Source of the DNA: Candidatus Brocadiia bacterium
GTDB taxonomy: Bacteria; Planctomycetota; MHYJ01; JACQXL01
Length of the DNA: 64,000 nucleotides
Direction of reading: 5' to 3'
Assembly (NCBI GenBank): GCA_041658285.1
Contig: JBBAAP010000002.1
Coordinates: 44,252-108,251, forward strand
Made by a program: the position numbers and the translations under genes. The notes below the pieces were generated by a model. That model was given only the letters and a program-made list of their open reading frames with translations, was not told where the DNA came from and did not search any database. Shown one piece after another: positions 10,352 through 18,109 of the stretch. Each line of letters starts with the position of its first letter. Position 1 is the stretch's first letter.

Positions 10352-10993
10352 TTATCTTAAAAACCTACTCGCCTTGGCGAAAAGATGCACCCAGAGCGGG
10401 CTGGTCCGCCTAATAAGGTGGGCCGATGACAGGTTGTGTTTGAACTCCTGGGCTGATGTAAACGGCTCGATTTCCACGCAGGCCGCCCCGTATTCGGACC
10501 GGGTATGCGCGTCACTGCCGGCCGTAATGACCTTGTTATGAAGTTGTGCAAATCGTCTGGCCTCGTCGTTATCGGCGCTGAAAAGGTTGCGCGCATTGAA
10601 TCCCTCGATGATGTCCACCTGCCCGGCTATCCGTTTCAGGGCCTCGAAACTGAGTCGCGACTTGCGTAGGCGGCAGAACGGGTGCGGCACGCCCACCAGA
10701 CCGCCCTGGGCCTTTATCCGGTTGATGGTTTCCTCCGGAGACAGCCCGGCCGAAATGGGCTGAGTCAGGAAGAATCCGATAATCTCGCCCTCGGCCGTAT
10801 GGATTTCTTCGGACACGATGACCGTAAACCCGGCCGGAGCCATGGCTTTGAGTGCCAGCGCGCCGGTGATGGTATTATGGTCGGTCACGGCCAGGCCGTC
10901 CAGGTGCTTTTGCCGGGCCACCCTAAGGACGTTAGCCAGGGACAGCGTCCCGTCCGGTGAATAATTGGTATGGACATGGCAATCAATCCTCAT
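10352..10993 (-). CDS. PHP-domain metal-dependent phosphoesterase
   Basis: MRIDCHVHTNYSPDG...VTDHNTI is the PHP signature. The start is moved from the table's GTG at 11020 to the ATG at 10993, because that GTG lies inside the conserved intergenic CACGAAT motif. Confidence 0.75.
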   Translation of the reverse strand: MRIDCHVHTNYSPDGTLSLANVLRVARQKHLDGLAVTDHNTITGALALKAMAPAGFTVIVSEEIHTAEGEIIGFFLTQPISAGLSPEETINRIKAQGGLVGVPHPFCRLRKSRLSFEALKRIAGQVDIIEGFNARNLFSADNDEARRFAQLHNKVITAGSDAHTRSEYGAACVEIEPFTSAQEFKHNLSSAHLIRRTSPLWVHLFAKASRFLR

Positions 10994-11317
10994 CGTCCAT
11001 AGATTAACACGAATAAACACGAATGACTACTAATTTAGATATTTAATTTAAGTAAGCGGACCCGCCTGACTGACGCCCACCCGGATGAATATCCGTTCGG
11101 ACGGGTAGTCGGACAGGTTTAGCAGATATTGCAGATAAGTATAAATAATAAGGGCGCTGGGATTAGCCCAGCGCCCACCTTCGTGTCAATTCGAATTTAT
11201 TCGTGCATATTCGTGTTTATTCTAGGTATCCGCGTAACCAAATATTTATCGAAGTGAACACGCCATTCTTTCTTAGTGCTACTAGGAACAACGTGACGTA
11301 GAGGCAGTGCGTAGCCT

Positions 11318-11345
11318 CCTGGAAGGACTTAGATCCAGATGTACC
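11318..11345 (+). terminator. Candidate intrinsic terminator on the plus strand (CCCCGC-cttg-GCGGGG followed by a T-rich tract)
   Basis: A hairpin with a 6-7 bp GC stem is followed by TTAATCTTTTA. Both flanking genes are on the minus strand, so it would terminate an unannotated plus-strand transcript. Confidence 0.3.
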
Positions 11346-11447
11346 CCGCCTTGGCGGGGTTAATCTTTTATCATCTGAACAGAGCCTATTAGGAACAGTT
11401 CGACCAACGGGAGTTACTGTCCCTTATCCCGAGCGTAGTCTCGGGGT

Positions 11448-12572
11448 CTATTCAATGTATCCCTTAACCCATATGTTCGTAGATGTGAACACACCCGATT
11501 TGGTTATCAGCACCTTAATCATCCGTGTCCCATCAGTGGCAAGAGTGGCTTCCTTATACGCATTATTATTCACCCCTACCGTGTTCTGCCATATAAAATG
11601 TATAGTACTTGACCCATAATCCGCACCGGACCGTCTGCCAAGAACCGTGAGTATCTGCTCCATCCCGACCGGGACGCTCATTGCGTTCAACTGCATCTCC
11701 AATATTACAGCAGTCGCCGTAACCGGAATCACCGCCGACAGGTCTATGAGCTGGTCCACATCCGTCATCGAGTTCTCGGAGAACACCAAGGTTTGAGACG
11801 GCAACAGGGTCAACTGCATCCCGCCCGCACCGCCGGTAGGCGGAGCTATCCAATTGAATTTACCCGTCGCCGCATCGAAAGACAGAATCTGCCCGTCCGT
11901 AGGCGGAGCCAGGTTATAGAGCAGTTCGTGGTTGATGGATGCCAGCGCAATCTTGACCCAATCAACGGCCCGGTCGGCAATCTTTCCGTTGGTAATACTT
12001 GTCTCTGCCAACTTGTCTCCGGTCACAGCCAGGTCTGCTATCTCGTCCGTCGCCACTGGCGGAACGAGCGGCCTCGTGACACCGCCAGCCATCGGTTTCC
12101 ATTCCAGCTTGAGTTGTGCCGCATTGTATGTAGGAACCTCACCGTCTGCCGGAGAATCTATCGCCGCTAATTTGGTCGGGGTGACTTCGCCCGCGCCGAT
12201 TTTGGATGAAGTAACCGCGCCTTCGTTGAGTTTGATGGATGTAACCGAGTGGGTGTCCAATTTATCAGGGGTTATGGCGCCATCGGCGATTTTCTGAGCC
12301 ACTATCGCCCCATCGGCTATCTTAGCCGTACCAACGGCATTATCGGGCAAAGGCGTAAGGGTAATGTCCGGACCGAGCTTAGCCGCGGTCACGGCACCGT
12401 CGGAGATATCATCGGTCTGGACCTGCCCGGCTCCGATATCGGCTCCGGTAATGGTCTCATCCTTAATCTTAGCCGTGGTCACGGAATTATCGGCAATCTT
12501 ATCTTCCGTGACTGCCTGTTCCGAAATCTGGGGCGAGGTCACCTCGCCATTTGCGTATCTGTGTCTGAACAT
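11448..12572 (-). CDS. Phage tail-fibre-like repeat protein: about 12 tandem ~11 aa repeats (consensus I-x-D-G-A-V-T-x-x-K-I/L) with a C-terminal globular head domain
   Basis: The repeats run ...AVTAAKLGPD...AVGTAKIADGAIVAQKIADGAITPDKLDTHSVTSIKLNEGAVTSSKIGAGEVTPTKL. The start is set at the ATG at 12572, preceded by the Shine-Dalgarno sequence AAGGGGG. The ORF-table start at 12662 covers the motif region. Confidence 0.5.
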   Translation of the reverse strand: MFRHRYANGEVTSPQISEQAVTEDKIADNSVTTAKIKDETITGADIGAGQVQTDDISDGAVTAAKLGPDITLTPLPDNAVGTAKIADGAIVAQKIADGAITPDKLDTHSVTSIKLNEGAVTSSKIGAGEVTPTKLAAIDSPADGEVPTYNAAQLKLEWKPMAGGVTRPLVPPVATDEIADLAVTGDKLAETSITNGKIADRAVDWVKIALASINHELLYNLAPPTDGQILSFDAATGKFNWIAPPTGGAGGMQLTLLPSQTLVFSENSMTDVDQLIDLSAVIPVTATAVILEMQLNAMSVPVGMEQILTVLGRRSGADYGSSTIHFIWQNTVGVNNNAYKEATLATDGTRMIKVLITKSGVFTSTNIWVKGYIE

Positions 12573-12730
12573 ATAGTTAACCCCCTTTTTAACACGAATT
12601 ACACGAATAGGACTAATCCCGCTAATATTTTTTATTCGTGCCCTTCGTATTATTAGTAACATTCGAGTTCTAATTAAAGTGCGGTCGGGGACGCCCCGCC
12701 CGTGCGAAGCGTCCCACTCGCACTGCCATA

Positions 12731-13531
12731 CTAAATCAGCACTATCCTTGCCCTGAGTTTGAGCGCGCCGCTGTTGACGTCGCTTTCATACTGGAGCACA
12801 GAATCAGTGGCCGTACCTCCAACCACGAACGGTTTTACCGTTGCAGCCTTGAAGGAATTAGCCAGGTCAGTCAGCCTGGTGTTCTGGGCGGCCAGTTCGG
12901 TCGCTTCCATATCCGCCTTAATAATTGAGATGCCGGTAATAACCAGCAAACTCGTTACGGCTGACTTGAACTGCTGTCTCAATCCAGTTTTGGTGAAGTC
13001 GTAAGGCCCGCCGTTGACAACCTCCATATGGTTGGTCATCCGGTTGGCCCGGGCATCACCGGTCATCCAATAGGTAACCTGCGGGACAATCAAACCCCTG
13101 ATTCGGTCCCCGGTAATCCTAAGGAGTCCCTTAGCCACGCCATTGGCCCAACGGTCCTTGGCCGCGTTTACCTTACCTTTAAAGAGCTTAGCCACTACAC
13201 CATCAATGGTCTCGAAAGCCTGGTCCAGGTGCTCCCGAAACTTGGCATAGGCGTTGGTCAAGCCCTTGTAATGGGCCTGACGGATGTTAGATGCGCTCCG
13301 ACCCGACTTAGCCACGAACCCCGGCGCAACCATAGGTCCCCATTTCTGGTTGCCAGGTTCCGCGACCTTTGACTGGTATTCCCCGTCATCGGGCAGAATC
13401 TCCACTATCCGATCGTGCATACGCTGGGCGTTGTTAGTCAAACCCTCAACCCACCGGTCCGGCATATCGCCCGACGGCTCAATGCTCGGAGGTATCGTTA
13501 CCAAAATATCCAGTTTAATTTCGTCTGCCAT
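12731..13531 (-). CDS. Hypothetical protein co-oriented with the fibre-like gene, possibly structural
   Basis: This 266 aa ORF has the RBS GTGAGG. I recognise no motifs. Confidence 0.35.
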   Translation of the reverse strand: MADEIKLDILVTIPPSIEPSGDMPDRWVEGLTNNAQRMHDRIVEILPDDGEYQSKVAEPGNQKWGPMVAPGFVAKSGRSASNIRQAHYKGLTNAYAKFREHLDQAFETIDGVVAKLFKGKVNAAKDRWANGVAKGLLRITGDRIRGLIVPQVTYWMTGDARANRMTNHMEVVNGGPYDFTKTGLRQQFKSAVTSLLVITGISIIKADMEATELAAQNTRLTDLANSFKAATVKPFVVGGTATDSVLQYESDVNSGALKLRARIVLI

Positions 13532-13726
13532 AAAAACCTCACTACCGAAGATATATCATAATCAGCCCAGCCGAGCCGCCGCGCCTTGCTCACCGCTCAC
13601 AGTGCGGCGTGGCGCCGATGACGGCCTCGGCTGAACTGTGGATTCACTTACGGTTCTTCTTTCCTTCAAGGTAATCCAAAATAATCCCAATGACTACCTG
13701 GATTATCCTCCTCCAGAAACCTGACA

Positions 13727-14470
13727 TCATTTGAAACATATATTGTTCTCCTCCAGAAAATCATAGATTTCCTGTATAGGTACAATTCCGCCCATAGTAG
13801 TTATAAGTTGGTCTTTATAAACCCTGACCCAAACAGAAATACCGATGACCTCATAGGTAGAGGCGTTCCCGTCATTCGACGGGACTAACGCGAACACCGG
13901 ACCGCCTGAGTTACCCGGTAAAATAGGAGCCGATATTTCGCAATAACCCGGCTCGATTATTGAGATGATGCCGTATGAAGGTCGCACCTTTAAGCCAAGC
14001 GAGCATCCAACGGCATAAACCGGGGTAAATATGTAAGGGGTATAATTCCGCGGAGCCAGAGTAGCGGAATAATTACAAATTCCAGATTTCAGATTACAGA
14101 TTTTAATTAAAGCCAGGTCTTTGGCGGTATCGGTCACCAATACCGTGGCATCAATCTCAATGTATTCGGGGTAAAACAACTCTACGGTTACGATCGATTC
14201 GTTATCAACCACGTGAGCGGCCGTTATTATGTAACCGTTAATAATAACGCCTGAACCGCAAGAAAACCCGGCCTTTATCCTGACGGTGGTATAGAGCATA
14301 GACTCGTAAAGCCCCTCAAACGGATTAACCGGCCCAACCTGCACCGGAACCTCCTTAGACAGGTCAATAACAAAGGTCTCGCCTTCAGGCGGCTCAAAGA
14401 CGCACCCGCCGACCATCGCAATTGACAAAAACCAATAAATTAATATCCTTCTCACTTGTGGTGTAACCAT
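13727..14470 (-). CDS. Trypsin-like (S1, HtrA/DegS-like catalytic core) serine protease, probable lipoprotein, with no PDZ domain
   Basis: The signal peptide has a lipobox-like VGGC. The catalytic His is in ITAAHVV and the catalytic Ser in GNSGGPVF. Confidence 0.7.
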   Translation of the reverse strand: MVTPQVRRILIYWFLSIAMVGGCVFEPPEGETFVIDLSKEVPVQVGPVNPFEGLYESMLYTTVRIKAGFSCGSGVIINGYIITAAHVVDNESIVTVELFYPEYIEIDATVLVTDTAKDLALIKICNLKSGICNYSATLAPRNYTPYIFTPVYAVGCSLGLKVRPSYGIISIIEPGYCEISAPILPGNSGGPVFALVPSNDGNASTYEVIGISVWVRVYKDQLITTMGGIVPIQEIYDFLEENNICFK

Positions 14471-14473
14471 AAA

Positions 14474-14701
14474 TCACCTATCCTCTCCGAAAAAGTTATC
14501 CAGCCATTCCCAGCGCGAGGTATTGGCGCAGTCCATCGGTTCGCTTATTTTAGGCGTAACCGTCACCGGTCCAGCCTCGTTTTCCGGGAATAAGGCGTCA
14601 TAGCAATACCGGCACAGCCGGACCCGCCGACAGGCGAAGGATATGATATCCCATTCCCGGGGTAGCTCCTTACCGCATTCTTTACACATCTTTCTTTCCA
14701 T
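14474..14701 (-). CDS. Small zinc-ribbon protein (CxxC...CxxC)
   Basis: MCKECGKEL...CRYC. It is the first gene of the protease operon. Confidence 0.4.
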   Translation of the reverse strand: MERKMCKECGKELPREWDIISFACRRVRLCRYCYDALFPENEAGPVTVTPKISEPMDCANTSRWEWLDNFFGEDR

Positions 14702-15047
14702 ATATACCTACCTTTTTAGTGGCTGTTAGCAACTCCGATGACCATCGGAGTGGCGTTATCTGCCACTTATCCCGACTATTCCGTCGGGGCCGGGGGGCTC
14801 TTCACTCTCTCCCCCATATATACACCCGTCGAGAACCACGAATGTCACAGGAAAAATGAGAATTTTGTAAAAATAATTCAGAAAGTTTTATGCCAAAGGC
14901 ACCATGCCCGAGGCAGGCGGAGACGAAGATTAAGCCGATTTAGCCGACAGGGTAGATTCCTTGACATAACCGGTTCAATCCTGTATAGATTCACGCCTTA
15001 CCCCGCTCTATCCGTCTTCATCCAAGAGCGGGAGACAGTTTATTGTT

Positions 15048-15077
15048 GCGGGATAACCCGCCGTAAGGCTCTCGTGG
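15048..15077 (+). promoter_or_regulatory. Candidate ECF-sigma-type promoter (GGGATAAC-N15-CGTG) 57 nt upstream of the sigma gene. The element has a second copy at 59124-59152.
   Basis: AAC and CGT lie 15 nt apart. The 30-mer recurs with 28/30 identity at 59124. Confidence 0.3.
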
Positions 15078-15134
15078 CTCCTTTAGCGCCACTGCGAAAC
15101 TAACGGACATCCCGCTTTCAGCAGGATTCGGCTT

Positions 15135-15755
15135 ATGCAGCAAGACACAAGAAGCGATGAGCAGTTGGCACGGGCATTTAAACTGGGCGAGGACCGGGCT
15201 TTCGACGAGCTCTACCGCAGGTATCTCAACCGTCTGCGTTTTTATATTTTAAAAATCAGCTGGTTCAAGGACGACATCTACCTCGAAGAAGTACTCCAGC
15301 AAATATTTATCGTCGTCTGCCAGGGGATAAAAATCGGCAAATTCGCGCCCTGGGATTATGTGCCGTCCGAAAAGATGAGCGGTACCTTCCGACGCTGGAT
15401 TTTTACGGTGGCACGGATTGAATGCTACAAACAGGACGAAAAACGCTCCTCCGGGCCGGTGCTGATGCCCAAACAGATCGCCGACGCCCTGCCGGACATG
15501 TTGGCCGATATGCGGCCGGATGCGGTTGAAGAGGTGGAGTCGCATCAGCACTTGACAAAAAAATTGGAAATGATACTATCGCACCTGACGGCGGATGACC
15601 AAAAGCTCTTCGAGCTGAAAAACAAAGGCGTAAAATACCAGGATATACTAAACGAGCCGGAGTTCAAAAACATACGCCTGGGCCCGCTCAGGATGCGATA
15701 CTGCCGAATACTGGACTTGATAAAAGAGTTATTAAAGAAAGACGAACAAGAATGA
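15135..15755 (+). CDS. ECF-type RNA polymerase sigma factor
   Basis: Region 2 is FDELYRRYLNRLRFY...FRRWIFTVARIECYKQDEKR and matches the FxxWLxxIARN...D..R pattern. The C-terminal region-4-like HTH is GVKYQDIL...RMRYCRILDLIKELL. Confidence 0.6.
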   Translation: MQQDTRSDEQLARAFKLGEDRAFDELYRRYLNRLRFYILKISWFKDDIYLEEVLQQIFIVVCQGIKIGKFAPWDYVPSEKMSGTFRRWIFTVARIECYKQDEKRSSGPVLMPKQIADALPDMLADMRPDAVEEVESHQHLTKKLEMILSHLTADDQKLFELKNKGVKYQDILNEPEFKNIRLGPLRMRYCRILDLIKELLKKDEQE

Positions 15756-16087
15756 AAAAAGAAAAGCCCGTCAAAAAGACCGTCCGCCGGGACAGTTGCG
15801 CCAAATACAAAATGGACATCCTGGACTACGTCACCGGAGATATGACTTTCATAACCGCGCAAAAACAGAAAGCACTGCTTATACACGTCCGGAAATGCCC
15901 CAGATGCCAGCAGGCATATTTTGAGTATGAAAACATCCACGCCGCGGCCCGAACCATAGGACGGGCCAAAAACCCGGCCTTCAAGGCGAAAATGGACGCT
16001 ATGCTCGAAACCATCAAGAAAAAATGCGCCAACAAAGGCGACAAGCCGCCAAGCTGTTCCGATGACAAGCCCGACAATAAAAAATAG
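15752..16087 (+). CDS. Zinc-binding anti-sigma factor (ZAS family, RsrA-like)
   Basis: C16...H46-x3-C49-x2-C52 (HVRKCPRC) matches the ZAS motif. It overlaps the sigma gene by 4 nt, has no TM helix, and carries extra Cys at 82 and 92. Confidence 0.55.
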   Translation: MKKEKPVKKTVRRDSCAKYKMDILDYVTGDMTFITAQKQKALLIHVRKCPRCQQAYFEYENIHAAARTIGRAKNPAFKAKMDAMLETIKKKCANKGDKPPSCSDDKPDNKK

Positions 16088-16576
16088 GGGTTATAGGGGT
16101 ACTCCATACCCCTAATCCCGGTTATCGACACAACCTATAAGGATTATCAACATCTACAGTCCCGGTTATTGACACCCCTAATACCGGTTATCAATATTCC
16201 TAATCCCGGTTATCGATACCCCCAATCCCGGTTATCGATACCCCTAATCCCGGTTATCAACATCCCTAATCCCGGTTTTCGATACTCCCTGCCTAAGTAA
16301 CGGTTATCTCCTATACCTGTTATCGATATCCCCTGTCCGGGTTTATCACACCTCCTATATAAATGGCCTACATCCCCTATCCGGGTTTATCACTCATCCG
16401 ATATAAATGGCCTACATCCCCTATCCCAGTTATCGATACCCACTACCCGAGCAGTAACCATCTCCTATACCGGTTTTCGATACACCCTATGCCCGTTTTC
16501 GATACACCCAATCCCGATTTACGATACAGGGATTAGGGGTTAGGGGGGAGGGGGGTAGGTATCTCCCCCCCCTCCA
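16088..16576. repeat. Degenerate tandem array of about 19 units of a 22 bp repeat (consensus CCTAATCCCGGTTATCGATACC, palindromic core TATCGATA), ending in a G-rich inverted repeat (GGGATTAGGGGTTAGGGGGGAGGGGGG...CTCCCCCCCCTCC)
   Basis: Direct reading shows units adjacent with no spacers. The central units are near-identical and the flanks degenerate. The array lies between the convergent anti-sigma and GT2 genes. Confidence 0.9.
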
Positions 16577-16769
16577 AATATGCATGAGCAAAGCCTCCTA
16601 ATCAAATAATTAACTCTATAAGATTAGGATATATTAGAATTTGGGAGCGGGGAAAAGCTGATTTACCAAAAATGACGCCAGGAAATGGGCATAAATAGTG
16701 AATTATCCGGCTGGGGAAGTGTCCCTCTAGACCCACGAGAATATTATCTTTTAGCGGGCATCCTGCTTT

Positions 16770-17705
16770 TTAGATATCGAAATTGATTCTTTCCTTTTCG
16801 ATAACCAAAGGCCTTTTGAATATCTGGGTATGAATAGCCCCGATATACTCGCCTAATATACCAAGGAAGAACAGTTGGACCGAAGCGAAAAAGAATAATC
16901 CGATGACTATAGGCGCAATACCTAATGAAAAACTCTGCCAGAAAATGATTTTATAGACTAAATAAGTAAAAGCCGTTAAGAAACTTATTGTACCCAGGAC
17001 AAAACCCACTATCGTCGCAAGCCTCAACGGTATCTTGGAATAACTGGTTATACCCACCATCGCCAGGTTATATAAGTAATAGAGATTTGTAGTGGTCCGG
17101 CCTTTATGGCGCGCCGGCTGGACGTATTCTATTCTGGCGGTCTCAAAACCTATTTCGGCAATAATACCCCTCAAGTAAGGATACATATCATTGATTTGCC
17201 TGAGGCTTTCTACCACCTTTTTATCGTACAGGCCAAAACCGGTAAAATGCTTTATCAACTCTGTGTTTGATAATTTGCCTAAAATCTTGTAGTATAAATT
17301 GCGCATAAATACCATGGGGAATGATTCTTTACGCCCTTTTATTATCCCTATCACTACTTTATAGCCCGATTCCCATTTCTTGATAAGTTCAGGTATCATC
17401 GATGGCGGGTCTTGCAAATCAGCCACGATTGAAATGGCCGCATCGCCTTTAGACTGCAACAATCCATAATAATGAGACCTCATGGCCTCAAAATTCCTGG
17501 AATTCACGATGATTTTAACATTTTTATCGTTTTGGGCGATTCCTTTTAATATTTCCACTGTCTTATCCTTGGACGCATTATCAATGAATATATGCTCGTA
17601 CTGGTAGTCTTTTAAATCAGCGAATACCTGCTTTACCTGTTTATAGACCTCGGCTACGTTTTCTTCCTCGTTATAGGTCGGCGTAACGATGCTTATTAGC
17701 TTCAT
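16770..17705 (-). CDS. GT2-family polyprenyl-phosphate glycosyltransferase (ArnC/GtrB/DPM1-like) with a C-terminal membrane anchor
   Basis: ISIVTPTYNEEENV carries the DxD-type GT-A motifs, and two C-terminal TM helices are present. It overlaps the GtrA-like gene by 4 nt. Confidence 0.8.
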   Translation of the reverse strand: MKLISIVTPTYNEEENVAEVYKQVKQVFADLKDYQYEHIFIDNASKDKTVEILKGIAQNDKNVKIIVNSRNFEAMRSHYYGLLQSKGDAAISIVADLQDPPSMIPELIKKWESGYKVVIGIIKGRKESFPMVFMRNLYYKILGKLSNTELIKHFTGFGLYDKKVVESLRQINDMYPYLRGIIAEIGFETARIEYVQPARHKGRTTTNLYYLYNLAMVGITSYSKIPLRLATIVGFVLGTISFLTAFTYLVYKIIFWQSFSLGIAPIVIGLFFFASVQLFFLGILGEYIGAIHTQIFKRPLVIEKERINFDI

Positions 17706-18070
17706 TTCTGCTCCTTGAATACGTATTTTTTATTAAGGATGAATGACAATACGGCCAGCGGCAATATCAATATCGCCCCGGCTAAATACATATTAACCTC
17801 TAACATATTGAATATTTTAAGGCAAGCTATATTCAACAGGTAAATAACCGCATAAACGCCTATGAATTTAAAAAGAAGGCTGTTACGGTTGCTTTTGAAT
17901 ACGAATATGCCGGTGGTCTTAAAATTGAAGAGCACGCCCAGAATGGTGGATGCCAAAGCGGCGATGGTATAATGCAGGCCGATATAAATAAATAATGCGT
18001 ATATGGAATATCCGAAAACGGTATTGACGCCGCCGACAATCAGAAAGCGTATGAATTGATGGTTCAGCAC
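17702..18070 (-). CDS. GtrA-family small membrane protein (polyprenyl-P-sugar flippase component-like)
   Basis: It has four TM helices, FIRFLIVGGVNTVFGY, and is 122 aa long. Confidence 0.7.
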   Translation of the reverse strand: MLNHQFIRFLIVGGVNTVFGYSIYALFIYIGLHYTIAALASTILGVLFNFKTTGIFVFKSNRNSLLFKFIGVYAVIYLLNIACLKIFNMLEVNMYLAGAILILPLAVLSFILNKKYVFKEQK

Positions 18071-18109
18071 AATTTATATTGTTTTATTGCATGCCTTATT
18101 CACTAATCT

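Noticed and set aside
11448-14701. Prophage or tailocin region, suggested by the tail-fibre-like repeat protein
   Set aside because: There is no integrase, terminase, capsid, portal, tape-measure or holin nearby. The neighbours are a protease, a sigma factor and a PHP gene. The only recombinase in the window is a housekeeping-type XerC 3.5 kb away with no att-like repeats seen. I kept it only as a fibre-like gene, not a prophage.
14738-15103. 121 aa ORF in the sigma-factor upstream region, and the many antisense ORFs inside large genes (e.g. 33705-34811, 42031-42738, 43509-44099)
   Set aside because: They overlap much longer, motif-supported genes on the opposite strand, or lie in GC-rich regulatory DNA. 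They have arginine/proline-rich composition typical of antisense frames and no RBS.
16088-16576. Possible CRISPR array (regularly spaced repeats)
   Set aside because: The units are directly adjacent with no unique spacers. They are degenerate, not identical, and no cas genes are nearby. This is a tandem minisatellite or binding array, not CRISPR. The same reasoning applies to 58583-58936.
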